Shown here one piece after another: positions 14,435 to 33,643 of a DNA stretch of 64,000 bases. This DNA is from the human T2T-CHM13v2.0 reference genome, Homo sapiens. The first letter of the stretch is position 1. Each line of letters starts with the position of its first letter. The position numbers and the translations under genes were made by a program. The DNA lies in assembly GCF_009914755.1 (NCBI RefSeq), contig NC_060927.1, one strand, 5' to 3'. The notes under the pieces were generated by a model, which saw only the letters and a program-made list of their open reading frames with translations, did not search any database and was not told the DNA's origin.

Positions 14435-15248
14435 ACTTTTTTATTATACTTTAAATTCTAGGGTACATGTGCACAACATGCAGGTTTGTTACATATGTAT
14501 ACATGTGCCATGTTGGTGTGCTGCACACATTAACTCGTCATTTACATTAGGTATATCTCCTAATGCTATCCCTCCCACCTCCCCCCACCCCACAACAGGC
14601 CCCAGTGTGTGATGTCCCCCTTCCTGTGTCCAAGTGTTCTCATTGTTCAATTCCCACCTATGAGTGAGAACATGCGATGTTTGGTTTTTTGTCCTTGCGA
14701 TAGTTTGCTGAGAATGATGGTTTCCAACTTCATCCATGTCCCTATGAAGGACGTGAACTCATCCTTTTTTATGGTTGCATAGTATTCCATGGCTGCATAG
14801 TATTCCATGGTGTGTATGTGCCACATTTTCTTAATCCACTCTATCCTTGTTGGACATTTAGGTTGGTTCCAGGTCTTTGCTATTGTGAATAGTGCCACAA
14901 TAAACATACGTGTGCGTGTGTCTTTATAGCAGCATGATTTATAATCCTTTGGATATATACCCAGTAATGGGATGGCTGGGTCAAATGGTATTTCTAGTTC
15001 TAGATCCCTGAGGAATTGCCACACTGTATTCCACAATGGTTAAACCAGTTTACAGTCCCACCAACAGTGTAAAAGTGCTCCTATTTCTCCACATCCTCTC
15101 CAGCACCTGTTGTTTCCTGACTTTTTAATGATGGCCATTCTAACTGGTGTGAGATGGTATCTCATTGTGGTTTTGATTTGCAAAGAAGACATTTATGCAG
15201 CCAACAGACATCTGAAAAAATGCTCATCATCACTGGCTATCAGAGAAA
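14435..15248 (-). mobile_element. 5'-truncated L1PA (PA4-6) with a 5' inversion
   Basis: Antisense 3' UTR and ORF2 C-terminus to 15181; sense-oriented piece 15182-15248; TSD AACAATGGATATATTTTTT at 14416-14434 and 15247-15265. Confidence 0.95.
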
Positions 15249-15356
15249 CAATGGATATATTTTTTAAACTACTCATAGATCAAAACAGAAAAAAAAGAGA
15301 AGCTCAATTAGGCTAATTATTTGGGACTGCAGAGAATTCTAGTTTATTCATTATGA

Positions 15357-15488
15357 GTGGGTTGACCTGATATTCTGGTTTGCTGGGATATTCTTACATT
15401 ATTCCTGCTGTCTTGGCATATTTATTATTAGTGACTCTTTCACCCTCAAAAGTGTTTTAGTTTGCAGGTAAAATATACAGACATCTAA
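15357..15488 (-). mobile_element. MER94 (hAT-Blackjack) MITE
   Basis: ~130 bp with degenerate TIR and CTGTCTTGGCATATTTATTATTAGTGACTCTTTCACCCTCAAAAGTGT matching recalled antisense MER94. Confidence 0.7.
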
Positions 15489-15749
15489 TTTATCATTTGA
15501 ATGCAACTGTTAAATAAATACAAATTAAGTCAAACCAAGTATATTTTTCCTGATGTGGTACATTTTTGGAGTAAATGTGGATTTTAGTAAAACCATATCT
15601 AGCAACAGGTGGTTTATTTTATAAAATGAAAGTGAGTAAAATTTTGAGGATAATGAAGCTATAAGATAAAAACTGAATAGTGAAAGTCCTTGCTAATTGT
15701 TGTAATTAGATACTGGCAGGGAAATCATAATTTAGCAAAACTGTATCTC

Positions 15750-16000
15750 AGGGTAGTAATATGGATCTTTAAATATTAGTTTAATCTTGGCTCCTGTTTC
15801 AGACTTTAGATTGCATTTCTTACTCTCATAGCTTGGCAAAATTAACTAACCCCTTGACTTCAATTTTGTAACCTATAAAGCATACAATAGCAAAAGCCAT
15901 CTCAAGGGATTGTTGTGAAGATGAAACGGCACAATGCAAGTATTTAGCAGACTGACTGATATAAGTGCTCAGAAATTATGAGCCATTGTTGCTACTAATT
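15750..16000 (+). mobile_element. MIR
   Basis: CTTGGCAAAATTAACTAACCCC...ATCTCAAGGGATTGTTGTGAAGATGAAA...TAAGTGCTCAGAAAT. Confidence 0.7.
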
Positions 16001-16367
16001 CTGTGATGATAAATATTACTTTGCAAGATACTAGTTTCACTACAACCATTATTATTTATGATAAATATAGGATAACCAAAGGAGGTACCACATAAAAACA
16101 TTATTTAAAATCGAAATGATATCCATTTCTTTTTAAATAATTTTTCTGGAAGAAGTTAGTAACAGGTTTTGTAAAAAATAAATTCAAAAAATTAAAATCT
16201 AGGAATTATCTCTACATACAAATTCCAAGAGACTAGCCGTTTGTGAAGAACCATTTATTGAATGTTTATATATATTAAAATGAAAATAAGCTATGAAAAT
16301 ATTTATCACACAGCATTCCAGAAGAGAGAAATACTGTGTACATTATGGTGGTATAAAGTTGTACAAG

Positions 16368-16677
16368 GGCTGGGTGTGGTGGCTCATGCCTGTAATTTCA
16401 ACATTTTGGGAGGCACAGGTGGTAGGATTGCTTCTAGCCAGAAGTTCGAGACAAGCCTGGGCAATAAAGCGAGACCCTGTCTCTTGTCTCTACAAAAGTG
16501 TTTTATAAAAATTAGCTAGGTGGGGTGGCATGCATCTGTAGGCCCAACTACTCAGGAGGCTGAGACAGGAGGAGAGCTTGAGCCCAGGAACTGGAGGCTG
16601 CAGTAAGCAATGATTCTGCCACTCCACTACAGCCTGCATAACAGAGTGAGACCCTGTCTCATTAAAAAATAAATAAA
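16368..16677 (+). mobile_element. AluJ whose A-tail hosts the full-length L1
   Basis: J-type bases GGATTGCTT, CCTGGGCAA...GAGACCCTGTCTC, GCTTGAGCCCAGGA. Confidence 0.9.
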
Positions 16678-17119
16678 GAAGATGGCTGAATAGGAACAGC
16701 TCCAGTCTAGAGCTCCCAGCATGAGCGACGCAGAAGACAGGTGATTTCTGCATTTCCAACTGAGGTACCAGGCTCATCTCACTGGGGAGTGTCGGAAAGT
16801 GGGTGCAGGACAGTGGGTGCAGTGCACCCAGTGTGAGCTGAAGCAGGGCTAGGCATTGCCTCACCCAGGAAGCGCAAGGGGTCAGGGAATTCCCTTTCCT
16901 AGTCAAAGAAAGGGGTGACAGATGGCACCTGGAAAATTGGGTCACTCCCACCCTAATACTGTGCTTTTCCAAAGGTCTTAGCAAAGGGCACACCAGGAGA
17001 TTATATCCCGTGCATGACTCAGAGGGTCCTACTCCCATGGAGCCTCGCTCATTGCTAACACAGCAGTCTGAGATCAAACTGCAAGGTGGCAGTGAGGCTG
17101 GGGTAGGGGTGCCCACCAT
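16490..17119 (-). other. Open antisense L1 ORF0-like frame (209 codons) extending into AluJ; expression unproven
   Basis: MVGTPTPASLPPCSLISDCC...IRVGVTQFSRC resembles the L1 ORF0 N-terminus; ATG at 17119 in context GGCAATGG; stop TAG at 16492-16490. Confidence 0.55.
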
Positions 17120-17694
17120 TGCCAAGGCTTGAGTAGGTAAACAAAGTGGGCGGGAAGCTCAAACCGGGTGAAGCCCACTGCAGCTCAAGGAGGCCTGCCT
17201 GCCTCTGTAGACTCCACCTCTGGGGGCAGGGCATAGCCAAACAAAAGGCAGCAGAAACTTCTACAGACTTAAATGTCCCTGTCTGACAGCTTTGAAGAGA
17301 ATAATGGTTCTCCCAGCATGCAGCTGGAGATCTAAGAACGGACAGACTGCCTCCTCAAGTGGGTCCCTGACCCCTGAGTAGCCTAACTGGGAGGCACCCC
17401 CCAGTAGGGGCAGACTGACACCTCACATGGCTGGGTACTCCTCTGAGACAAAACTTCCAGAGGAATGATCAAGCAGCAACATTTGCTGCTCACCAGTATC
17501 CACTGTTCTGCAGCCTCTGCTGCTGATACCCAGGCAAACAGCGTCTGGACTGGACCTCCAGCAAACTCCAACAGACTTGCAGCTGAGGGTCCTGTCTGTT
17601 AGAAGGAAAACTAACAAACAGAAAGGACATCCACACCAAAACCCCATCTGTACGTCACCATCATCAAAGACCAAAGGCAGATAAAACCACAAAG
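16678..17694 (+). promoter_or_regulatory. L1 5' UTR (sense/antisense promoter region; YY1 motif AAGATGGC; 129-bp ZNF93-target segment 17441-17569)
   Basis: Position and sequence match the L1PA 5' UTR. Most CpGs have decayed to TG/CA, so activity is unknown. Confidence 0.7.
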
Positions 17695-18706
17695 ATGGGG
17701 AAAAAACAGAGCAGAAAAACTGGAAACTCTAAAAATCAGAGCGCCTCTCCTCCTCCAAAGGAACACAGCTCCTCACCAGCAACAGAACAAAGCTGGATGG
17801 AGAATGACTTTGATGAATTGAGAGAAGAAGGCTTCAGATGATCAAACTACTCCGAGCTAAAGGAGGAAGTTTGAACCCATGGCAAAGAAGTTAAAAACCT
17901 TGAAAAAAAATTAGACGAGTGGCTAACTAGAGTAACCAATGCAGAGAAGTCCTTAAAGGACCTGATGGAGCTGAAAACCAAAGCACGAAAACTACGTGAT
18001 GAATACACAAGCCTCAGTAGCCAATTCGATCAACTGGAAGAAAGGGTATCAGTGATGGAAGATCAAATGAATGAAATGAAGTGAGAAGTGTAGAGAAAAA
18101 AGAATAAAAAGAAATGAACAAAGCCTCCAAGAAATATGGGACTATGTGAAAAGACCAAATCTACATCTGATTGGTGTACCTGAAAGTGACGGGAAGAATG
18201 GAACCAAGTTGGAAAACACTCTGCAGGATATTATCCAGGAGAACTTCCCCAATCTAGCAAGGCAGACCAACGTTCAAATTCAGGAAATACAGAGAATGCC
18301 ACAAAGATATTCCTCGAGGAGAGCAACTCCAAGACACATAATTGTCAGATTCATGAAAGTTGAAATGAAGGAAAAAATGTTAAGGGCAGCCAGAGAGAAA
18401 GGTCGGGTTACCCACAAAGGGAAGCCCATCAGACTAACAGCTGATCTCTTGGCAGAAACCCTACAAGCCATAAGAGAGTGGGGGCCAATATTCAACATGC
18501 TTAAAGAAAAGAATTTTCAACCCAGAATTTCATATCCAGCCAAGCTAAGCTTCATAAGTGAAGGAGAAATAAAATCCTTTACAGACAAGCAAATGCTGAG
18601 AGATTTTGTCACCACCAGGCCTGCCCTAAAAGAGCTCCTGAAGGAAGAACTAAACATGGAAAGGAAAAACTGCTACCAGCCACTGCAAAAACATGCCAAA
18701 TTGTAA
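17695..18706 (+). pseudogene. L1 ORF1 (RNA-binding protein), disrupted
   Basis: ATGGGGAAAAAACAG start; premature TGA codons in the coiled-coil region; C-terminal frame 18146-18706 intact (RPNLHLIGVPE...YPAKLSF...HAKL). Confidence 0.93.
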
Positions 18707-18769
18707 AGACCATCAAGGCTAGGAAGAAACTGCATCAACTAACGAGCAAAATAACCAGCTAACATCATA

Positions 18770-22598
<3,829 letters not shown>

Positions 22599-23649
22599 AC
22601 AATGAGAACACATGGACACAGGAAGGGGAACATCACACACCAGGGCCTGCTGGGGGTGGGGGTGGGGGAGGGATAACATTAGGAGATATACCTAATGTTA
22701 AATGACGAGTTAATGGGTGCAGCACACCAAGATGGCACATGTATACATATGTAACAAACCTGCACGTTGTGCACATGTACCCTAAAACTTAAAGTATAAA
22801 AATAAATAAATAAAAATGAAATAAAATATAAAACTTAACCATCTCGGCCTGTGTGTATGTAGGACTTTCAAAGTGATTTATTGAAAATTTTTTAAAATTA
22901 AAAAAAATATTGCCGCCACCATAACAACTTCAAAGTTCTATAGTGTCCCAGTGGCATGTGCTTCCACAGTTCACAGAACATTTCCACAGACATTTCTTTG
23001 GAGACTCACAAAAATACTGTGATTTAGACAAGTCAGTTGTTCAATCTCTAGGCTAACATTCTTTCCCATATTCCTATACCTTCTTTAAAAAGATAATGTG
23101 TCATTTTTGCATTACTCCAACTTCATAAAAATAATCACATAGAGACTACCTTTTTAAGCCTAAATAGTGGCTTAATTATAATGTTGTAGGCAAACGACTG
23201 AAGATTTCCTTTGTCTGCAGAAAAGCAGTACTGGCTCTACTGAATATTTATAGAGTAAAACTCAGTTTCAACATCTGTAGAAGCTGAATTAAAAAATTAC
23301 CTCTCAGGACTGTCATAAAAATTCAATAATATGCTTACAATTTTTCACATAAACTGCACAAATTAAATGCTTCTATATACTTATGTTGTTTTCTCTTCTA
23401 TAAAATACCAAAAGATTTCAGGTGTTCACTAAGAATCACTTCATGATCAATAATTTTAAGTTAATATTCTGCAAAGCATTGTTAGGAGAGGTTACTGAGT
23501 TTTCATTGCAATTAAAAATCTGACGATACTACCTTCCATATTGCTAATACTAGTTAGTAATAGCAGATGTAGTATTTTCATGAGAAATAACAATATTAAT
23601 GATAAATAAAATAAAATTTGTATGTAGAGATAATTCTTAGATTTTAAAA

Positions 23650-23860
23650 TTTTAGATTTTATAAAATACTTATTTTTTTCTGATAGTAATCATTTTTATT
23701 TTCACAATAATCTGATGAGGTAAGCACTACTATTATCCTATTTTAATGTTGAAGAAGCTAAGGGACAAGATTTATCCAATATTAAACTTCTGCTTAGTAG
23801 GGAGCTTAGATTTGAACCCAGTAATTTAACCCCCAAGACGTGTGCTCTTCACAATTATTC
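23650..23860 (-). mobile_element. MIR
   Basis: TTCACAATAATCTGATGAGGTAAGCACTACTATTATCCTATTTT...AGATTTGAACCCAG. Confidence 0.75.
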
Positions 23861-25959
23861 TATTGATAATTTATGAAAGATCTATAATAGAGTTACACTG
23901 GTGTGTTTAGAAAAATTGACTGTAATTTTATTGTTTAACTATACAGATTATATAAATTACCCATTTAATCATTTTTCAGTAAAGCATAATGAGAATTAAA
24001 TAAATACATTAACTGACATAAATCTGAGGTCCTTTTGTGTTAATGTGTTTCCCATTTTCACTGTAAAATGTAAGGATCTTATTTCTTAAAGGATAAATAT
24101 GTTAACCCTGATAAATAATTTGGAATTATTAATAAAGTGTCTTTTGAGTGCCTTAATTATATAAAGAGCATTTGTTGTTTGTGAACATTCTACTTTATTT
24201 TATCATTTAATATAATTCAGAATATATGAATAAACTAAAAATTTTGAGACATTTTGCAATTTTGTAGAGGACATTAAAATTGAAATTATCAACAAAATAA
24301 TTCAAAATTTGTGAAGTATTATGCTTTCCAAATTCTTCATTTTCTATAACAGAACTGTTTTCTATGTGTTTCAGGATACACAGACTCAGTATTTCTTTAG
24401 ATCAATTTTTCTTTGATTAGATCACTATAAAGAGAAATTCAACTGACCTTAAGGCATTGCTCTCCCTAGTCATTCTTGGACTGTTTGCAGCTGGCAGCAG
24501 AAAGTAATAATATATTTTAAATTATTAAACTAAAGGTTCATTTTTAACATTAATGAGAAATTCAAAGACAGATTTTACTCCAAGAATCATTGTGAGAAAA
24601 AATGTGATGTTATTTTTGTCTGCACTATATTTTCATATTAAAATAAATATAACATTAACATTAATAAATATGGCATTATAGACACTTAAAAGTTTGTTTG
24701 TAACCTTGACAATTTTGCACATTTTTATTACAAAAATATACCTTTTGGGGAAAGTAGAATAAAGAAGCAAACAAATATTTTAAAATATTCTAACCAAAGT
24801 GGTTATTATCTCATAATACATACCAAAATAATAAAATTTAGTGTTTTTTCTTCTTTCCATTTGCATTATCTAATATTTTCCAAAATATTATATTTTTATA
24901 TTAAGGAATGCCAACATTTGCGTCTTGATTTCTCGACATATGTTTGTTATAAAATTAAAGTTTTCTTCAACTTGCATTTTTACTCAACTAATATTGTAAT
25001 TTATTTTATATCATTAAATATTCTTAAAAAGATAAATTTATAGATCATCTTAATAATTTATTTTTTCTAAAATTTGAGGTTCAATTTCATAAATATCTCT
25101 CTGGATGTTTCAACTGATTTCCACTCCCAGTCATAGTTTGTAAGGAGTGTTTTCTTCACCCTAACTAATAATTTCCTCTATTATTAATTTAAGACTTTCA
25201 ATTATGAGGAAAAAATAATGACTCTGCCCCACTTCTTCATAATCTTTTTTGAATTATCATATGAAGTACAAATCACACGATAATTGGAGATGAATAGAAA
25301 GCATTCTTTAAATGAATATTTATAAAGCACTAATTTGACGGTATATGTTCCATTCATTAATATTTTTAATAAATATTTTAACTATTATTTTAATATCAAG
25401 GATAAAATAAAACAAAATGCATATATGTATTTATATGTAATTGTACATGTCTATAGAATATAGTCTGTAATGTTAATCTTATTTGCATTTGATATAAACT
25501 CTTTTAATTTCATTAAAGTTATAGATTTTTTGTGAGTAGCTCTTTTATTGGGTTTCAACTTTGATAAACTATTAGAAAAAATAACTATCAAAGCAGAAAT
25601 TTTGCTCTTTGTGATAGAAATGGCTCTTTATTATATATAATTTGATCATCAAGACAATTCTGTCAGATCAATTATGGGTTTCTCTTTTGCTATGGTGTAT
25701 TGAAGAACAGAAAAAAGAAAGAAGTGTTTTGTCTTAAATTCACAGCTAATATGCTCCAAAACTTTGGCTGGATTCTAAAAGATTCAACCCAACTTGCCAC
25801 TGGCCCTCTTCTACTAAAATGAGAGTAGAGACACAGATATGCTCATTTTTCTATCCCTAGCACCTAAAAGAGTAAGCTCTCAATACATACCTATTAAATG
25901 TTTAATGTTGAAATCCACAAGGAAAACATAACATTTCTAAAAACATAGTATTTAATTTT

Positions 25960-28886
<2,927 letters not shown>

Positions 28887-29589
28887 TTAAATAATTAAGC
28901 TGTGGTAAAGCTCTAGATGGAGCCTAGAAGTGAATTTCAAAACTGTGAATATTTCTTTGGTGACAGCTGATGTGGGATAACTGCCTGTGGTATGGAACTT
29001 GGAATGTGGGATGAAGGGACCACAAGAAATGGGACCTGAGGACTCTAGAGGCTGACTCCAAGAATGTTAGGACCACATAAGATGTCTTGACCTGCAGAGT
29101 ATAGACGGGCTCTTTCGTTCACCTTGTCGGACCAGATAATTCTGTTTGAACTTTGTGAACTAGAAAGGATAGCACAGGTATGCAATTCAATCTCTGTGAG
29201 AAAAAGACTTTTATGTTTAATAGCATTAGAATATGATCTAAGCTAAATAAAATTAACTGTTAGTATGTAATACCCCTAAATATCCTCTCTCTTTAAAGTT
29301 TCAATTGTCTGATAATGTGTTAAAAATCATAATGAAAATAAGATCCTCACATTAGCCCCTATGTCTTAGAGTCATTTTTGTCTGTAACCACCTCCCTCCC
29401 TCCTCACCTTCATCTCTCTCTCTCTCTCTCTGTCTTTTTCCTCTGTTTTAACATTCATTTATGGAAGACACCATTTGCCTGTGCAGAGAGTTTTCCACCA
29501 ACTGGATACTGCTGACTGCATCCCCGTGGTGCAATGTAGCATGCCCCTCTGTCCTCTTTAGGTCCTGTGAAATTCTGATAGAGCTAAAG

Positions 29590-29591
29590 TT

Positions 29592-29634
<43 letters not shown>

Positions 29635-29637
29635 TTT
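29590..29637. repeat. (TTTA)n microsatellite
   Basis: Directly visible. Confidence 0.95.
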
Positions 29638-30649
29638 CTGTAGTACTATTATGTACTAAGCACTGCTGTGTTCTTCCATAGAGAAGTTCATAATGTGCTG
29701 TTATCTTTTGTTTTATGTTAATAGCCATTGCTGATCAATTAATTTATTACATGTTTGATTTGTGATGTTATTCCAATTCTGAAAATCAATTTTGCAAATG
29801 CTTGTTTGATTACATTTTATTCATATCAGAATGGTGTATTACAGTTTTACTTTGTTTCTTAGCTTTGTTTTGAGAATGTTTTTGTTTAAAAATATATACT
29901 TCTCATGCTTTCTTTTATTCGTGTAGTAACTTTTATGAGTTCAGTATTCACTATGTTGTTTTTTTATTTTCATGTTGAATTTTCTGGAACTAACAGTAGA
30001 AAAAGAATCTAGGGTGGTAAAGTTTGATGGCTTTCTTTACTTCTAAATTCAAGCATAATCTTTCCTGTTGCTACAGGGGTTTCTTCAACAAATAGAAATA
30101 AATGGACCTTTCTCTGGTTTAACATCCCCTAAAGATTTCTTTTTCTTCACCATTTTCTAATTTCAGTAAGACTTTGTTTCTTAGCCATTTATGCATTCCT
30201 TATTGCTACCAAGCCTCTAAGAAGCCTCTATCCAAGGACCCTCCATTGCCTTCAGAACTCATATTTGCATGATGCTGCCATACTTTGCACTACACATTTT
30301 TAATTTATTTTCATTTGACTTCCTATTAAGTGTTCTATGTGCTTTCCTACCCTGGTTAGGACATTTTACTTCTGAATATAAATCACTAGATTTTTTTTTG
30401 TCTGTGGTCTTCCCTGATTAGTATCCTATGGCATTCTTTTAGGTTCATCGCAATTGCCTTTGATACCTCTACATCACAACTTCTGTGCAAATTACAAGAC
30501 CTCACATTATGCCAGGCAATGTAATATAAAATATATCCATAAAAATATATTATTAAAATATTTGAGTTATAAGGAACATGATAAGATTTAAAAAGCATTT
30601 TAAATTTGAAGGAAAGAAAAATAATGCACTTTAGCAATAAACATACAGC

Positions 30650-31120
30650 AAGCAGGCTGACCTCTTTACTTCTTTTTTCCTCATAAGAGAATCCTTACTT
30701 TGTGCAAGCATCTGTCTACAAGTTGGTTTGTCAATAAATGACAATATTTCCTAAAATTGCTATTGTCATAACTACGTGCACATGCCCAGGGTAGTATATT
30801 TAAACCAAAAAGGGTAATTACAGTTCCTGATTAGGAAAGAGACTTCTCAATCTCCTGTTGCAGATGAATGAAGAAACATTCATCCACAAATGCTATTGGA
30901 AGACACGTTGACATCACAGGGAACATGTTTAGAGATTAAGTTTAAAGCTGAGAATTGTAGAAGTAAGAGGCAGAAAAAAAATATATAGCACTCATTAAGT
31001 ATTTATAACAATTATGCCTGCAAGGGCTTATATCTAAATTTCCATTTATATGAGGCATTATGTTAGCTTATTAAGTGAAAAAGGTTTGCAGCTATTTTCA
31101 ATGAAAAGCATTTCAACTCA
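30650..31120 (+). mobile_element. Possible ancient LTR (LTR33/MLT1K-L-like)
   Basis: Weak motif resemblance (GCTGAGAATTGTAGAAGTAAGAGGCAGAAA, terminal GAAAAGCATTTCAACT). Confidence 0.3.
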
Positions 31121-31349
31121 AACAAGTGGTGATTGTATTTATTTTTAATTGTAAAGTTTTGGGTGAAGAAATATTGCCCAAACAAAGAATGATAAGCAAC
31201 CGTGATAGAATCCAAGATATATAATGACTTAGAAAATGTATCACTCTTTGTGAAAACAAGATGAAGATAGACCTTAATATATGGGGTATAAAGTGCAAAA
31301 GTAAGAGCTCAAAAATGAGATACAGGTGCTCTTGATGAATTAACTTTCC

Positions 31350-31755
31350 TTAGTCAAATAGATATATTCAGGATTTCTATTTATTCTGGAATTAATTGTG
31401 GTAATTTATATCTTTCAAGAAATTTGTACCTTGTATCTAAGTAGTTCAGGATATTGTCATAATATATTTCATAATCGTTCTTTATTCTCATTTTAGGATT
31501 TGTAGGAGGAATATTAATGATGCCTCGTTTCATGTCTAGCCTTACTAATTTACATTAACCATTTGAACATTTGCTTTTATCAATTTAGGTAAAATAATTT
31601 TATTCTATTATAATTTTATAAAGAAGCAGTTCTTGCTTTCACTGATATTTTAATATTGTTATTTCTGTTATCTCTTTCACTGATTTCTGCTCTTATCTCT
31701 ATTTTATTTCATCTTTTTACTTGGGCTTATTTTACAATTCATTTTCCAGGCTTTC
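31350..31755 (-). mobile_element. Old L1M ORF2 fragment
   Basis: GGTAATTTATATCTTTCAAGAAATTTGT...TTCACTGATTTCTGCTCTTATCT antisense ORF2 motifs. Confidence 0.65.
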
Positions 31756-31857
31756 TTCCCTCCTGACTTAAAGAAAGCAAACAAAAATATCTACATACCT
31801 TAATTTGGGGGAGAATGTGGTCATGTTGCTCATGTATTCATATGTGTATATACGTCT

Positions 31858-31883
31858 CACACACACACACACACAAACACACA
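31858..31883. repeat. (CA)n microsatellite
   Basis: Directly visible, one interruption. Confidence 0.9.
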
Positions 31884-32171
31884 CTCCCCCTGACTTTCTT
31901 GAGTAAGAAATAGTTTATTCTTACCCAGTGTTTCTCTTCCCAAAGAATATATAGATTGTTGTATTTTTCCATTTATACCTGATGTTTTAAATTATATTTG
32001 ATTTTAAAATGAAACTTTTGGCCTGATTAATGTGTAAAGCATACAGTTAAAATAATGGTGTTTTATTATTATTTATTTAATGTGAATATTTGCGTCTTTT
32101 ACTCATGAGAAAGATAATTTGCTACTTTATTCTATTAAGCTGTCTACATTATTCTAGTGTCAGAAACAATG

Positions 32172-32253
32172 AATAATGATAATAAATAAAATTATTATTA
32201 TAATAAATAAAATTATTATTATGATAATAAATAAGATTATTATTATCATTATT
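32172..32253. repeat. AT-rich tandem (~21-24 bp x3) with terminal inverted repeats
   Basis: Unit ATAATAAATAAAATTATTATT; arms AATAATGATAATAA / TTATTATCATTATT. Confidence 0.8.
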
Positions 32254-32704
32254 ACAAACCAAAATCTCTATAATGCTACTCAGGAGCTTTATTAATATAG
32301 TTGCTTTCTTTAGTTTTCTACAAACTGATGAGTATAATTTTCATCTTCTCCTTACTGTTTCATTTCCAGTTAAGCCATGTTGCTGAGAATTGTATACCCA
32401 GAATTAGCTACTGACCTGATAAAAACTATGTACAAAAAGTTTCTGAAATCAGGTTGATGGGACTACCTGTGAAATAATTTTCAAATTAATTTTTACATTT
32501 TGTGTCCGTGTGTTTGTGTAATAAATAAATTAGCCCAAATAAATTTTTATATTGTGCTTCAAGAGGAAGAAATGAGGAAAGGAAAAGCCAACAAAATTAA
32601 CATACTGCATTCTATGTCACATTCTTCTGTAGTTCCAGTGATATATAGACAATCTAGACAGCTACTCAGCTCCTAAGATGAACAAGTCTATATTTTTTTT
32701 GAAG

Positions 32705-32913
32705 AATTAATTATTTTGGATACATAATAGTTTTACACATTTACGGGATATATGTGAGGTTTTCATACAAGGATACAATCAGGGTAATTGGGGTATCCAC
32801 CACTTCAAGCATTTATCAGTTATTTATTTTAGAAATATTCCAATTTCACTCTTTTAGTTATTTGTAAATTGACAATAAATTATCGTTTACTATAGTTGCT
32901 CTATTGCACTATC
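32705..32913 (-). mobile_element. L1MA 3' end fragment
   Basis: GATACATAATAG...ATCAGGGTAATTGGGGTATCCACCACTTCAAGCATTTATC. Confidence 0.8.
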
Positions 32914-33643
32914 CTTTTTGTCTCAGTCTGTTATGGAGTAGAATGTCCAAAGCTCCCTCTGCTTGCTTGTATCTATTATGATTCACCATATTCTATAATA
33001 ATCTTTATTCCTATTAATGTATTTGCTAGCTTTATAGTCCTTTTCTGGATTAACAAAGTGTTTACCATCTATTTCCAAAAAAATTATGTAATCTAATGTG
33101 GACAGATTGGTCCACTGACAGTAGCTAAAATATGAATTCTTTTATATTAAAAGTACTTTCATGTAATCCCATTTTGCTTAATGTTTGTTTTGATGTTACA
33201 GAAAAGTAAAATAATTATATTAAAATAATAGTGGATCTTGATACCTCTAAGTTTTTAAAATGACTATTAGTGATTATTTAAACTTGAAAAGACATTTAGG
33301 ATATTTAATCTTTTATTAGATAGAATTGTAGAAAATTATGAACATCCACTTAACTAAGCAAAAATAATGTTTTTGCCTCAAAATTATAATTTTAGGACCA
33401 TGTATTGGGGATTTGTATAAAAGATTAGCGAAGAACAACTCTGAATTTTCTATTCTAAGTTGATTGGAAGTTGCAATTTATTTAATTGCCTTTTAAGTAC
33501 TGTGTTAGCTTGTGCAATCACATGATTTATTGTTCCTGACACAGCCATTTGAGAACAAAAGTAATACTAACGCAACAGGACTTTGGGACAATAAAAATAA
33601 GCCTCAGTTATCACAGGCAAAGTCACATTTATGAATATGTTAC

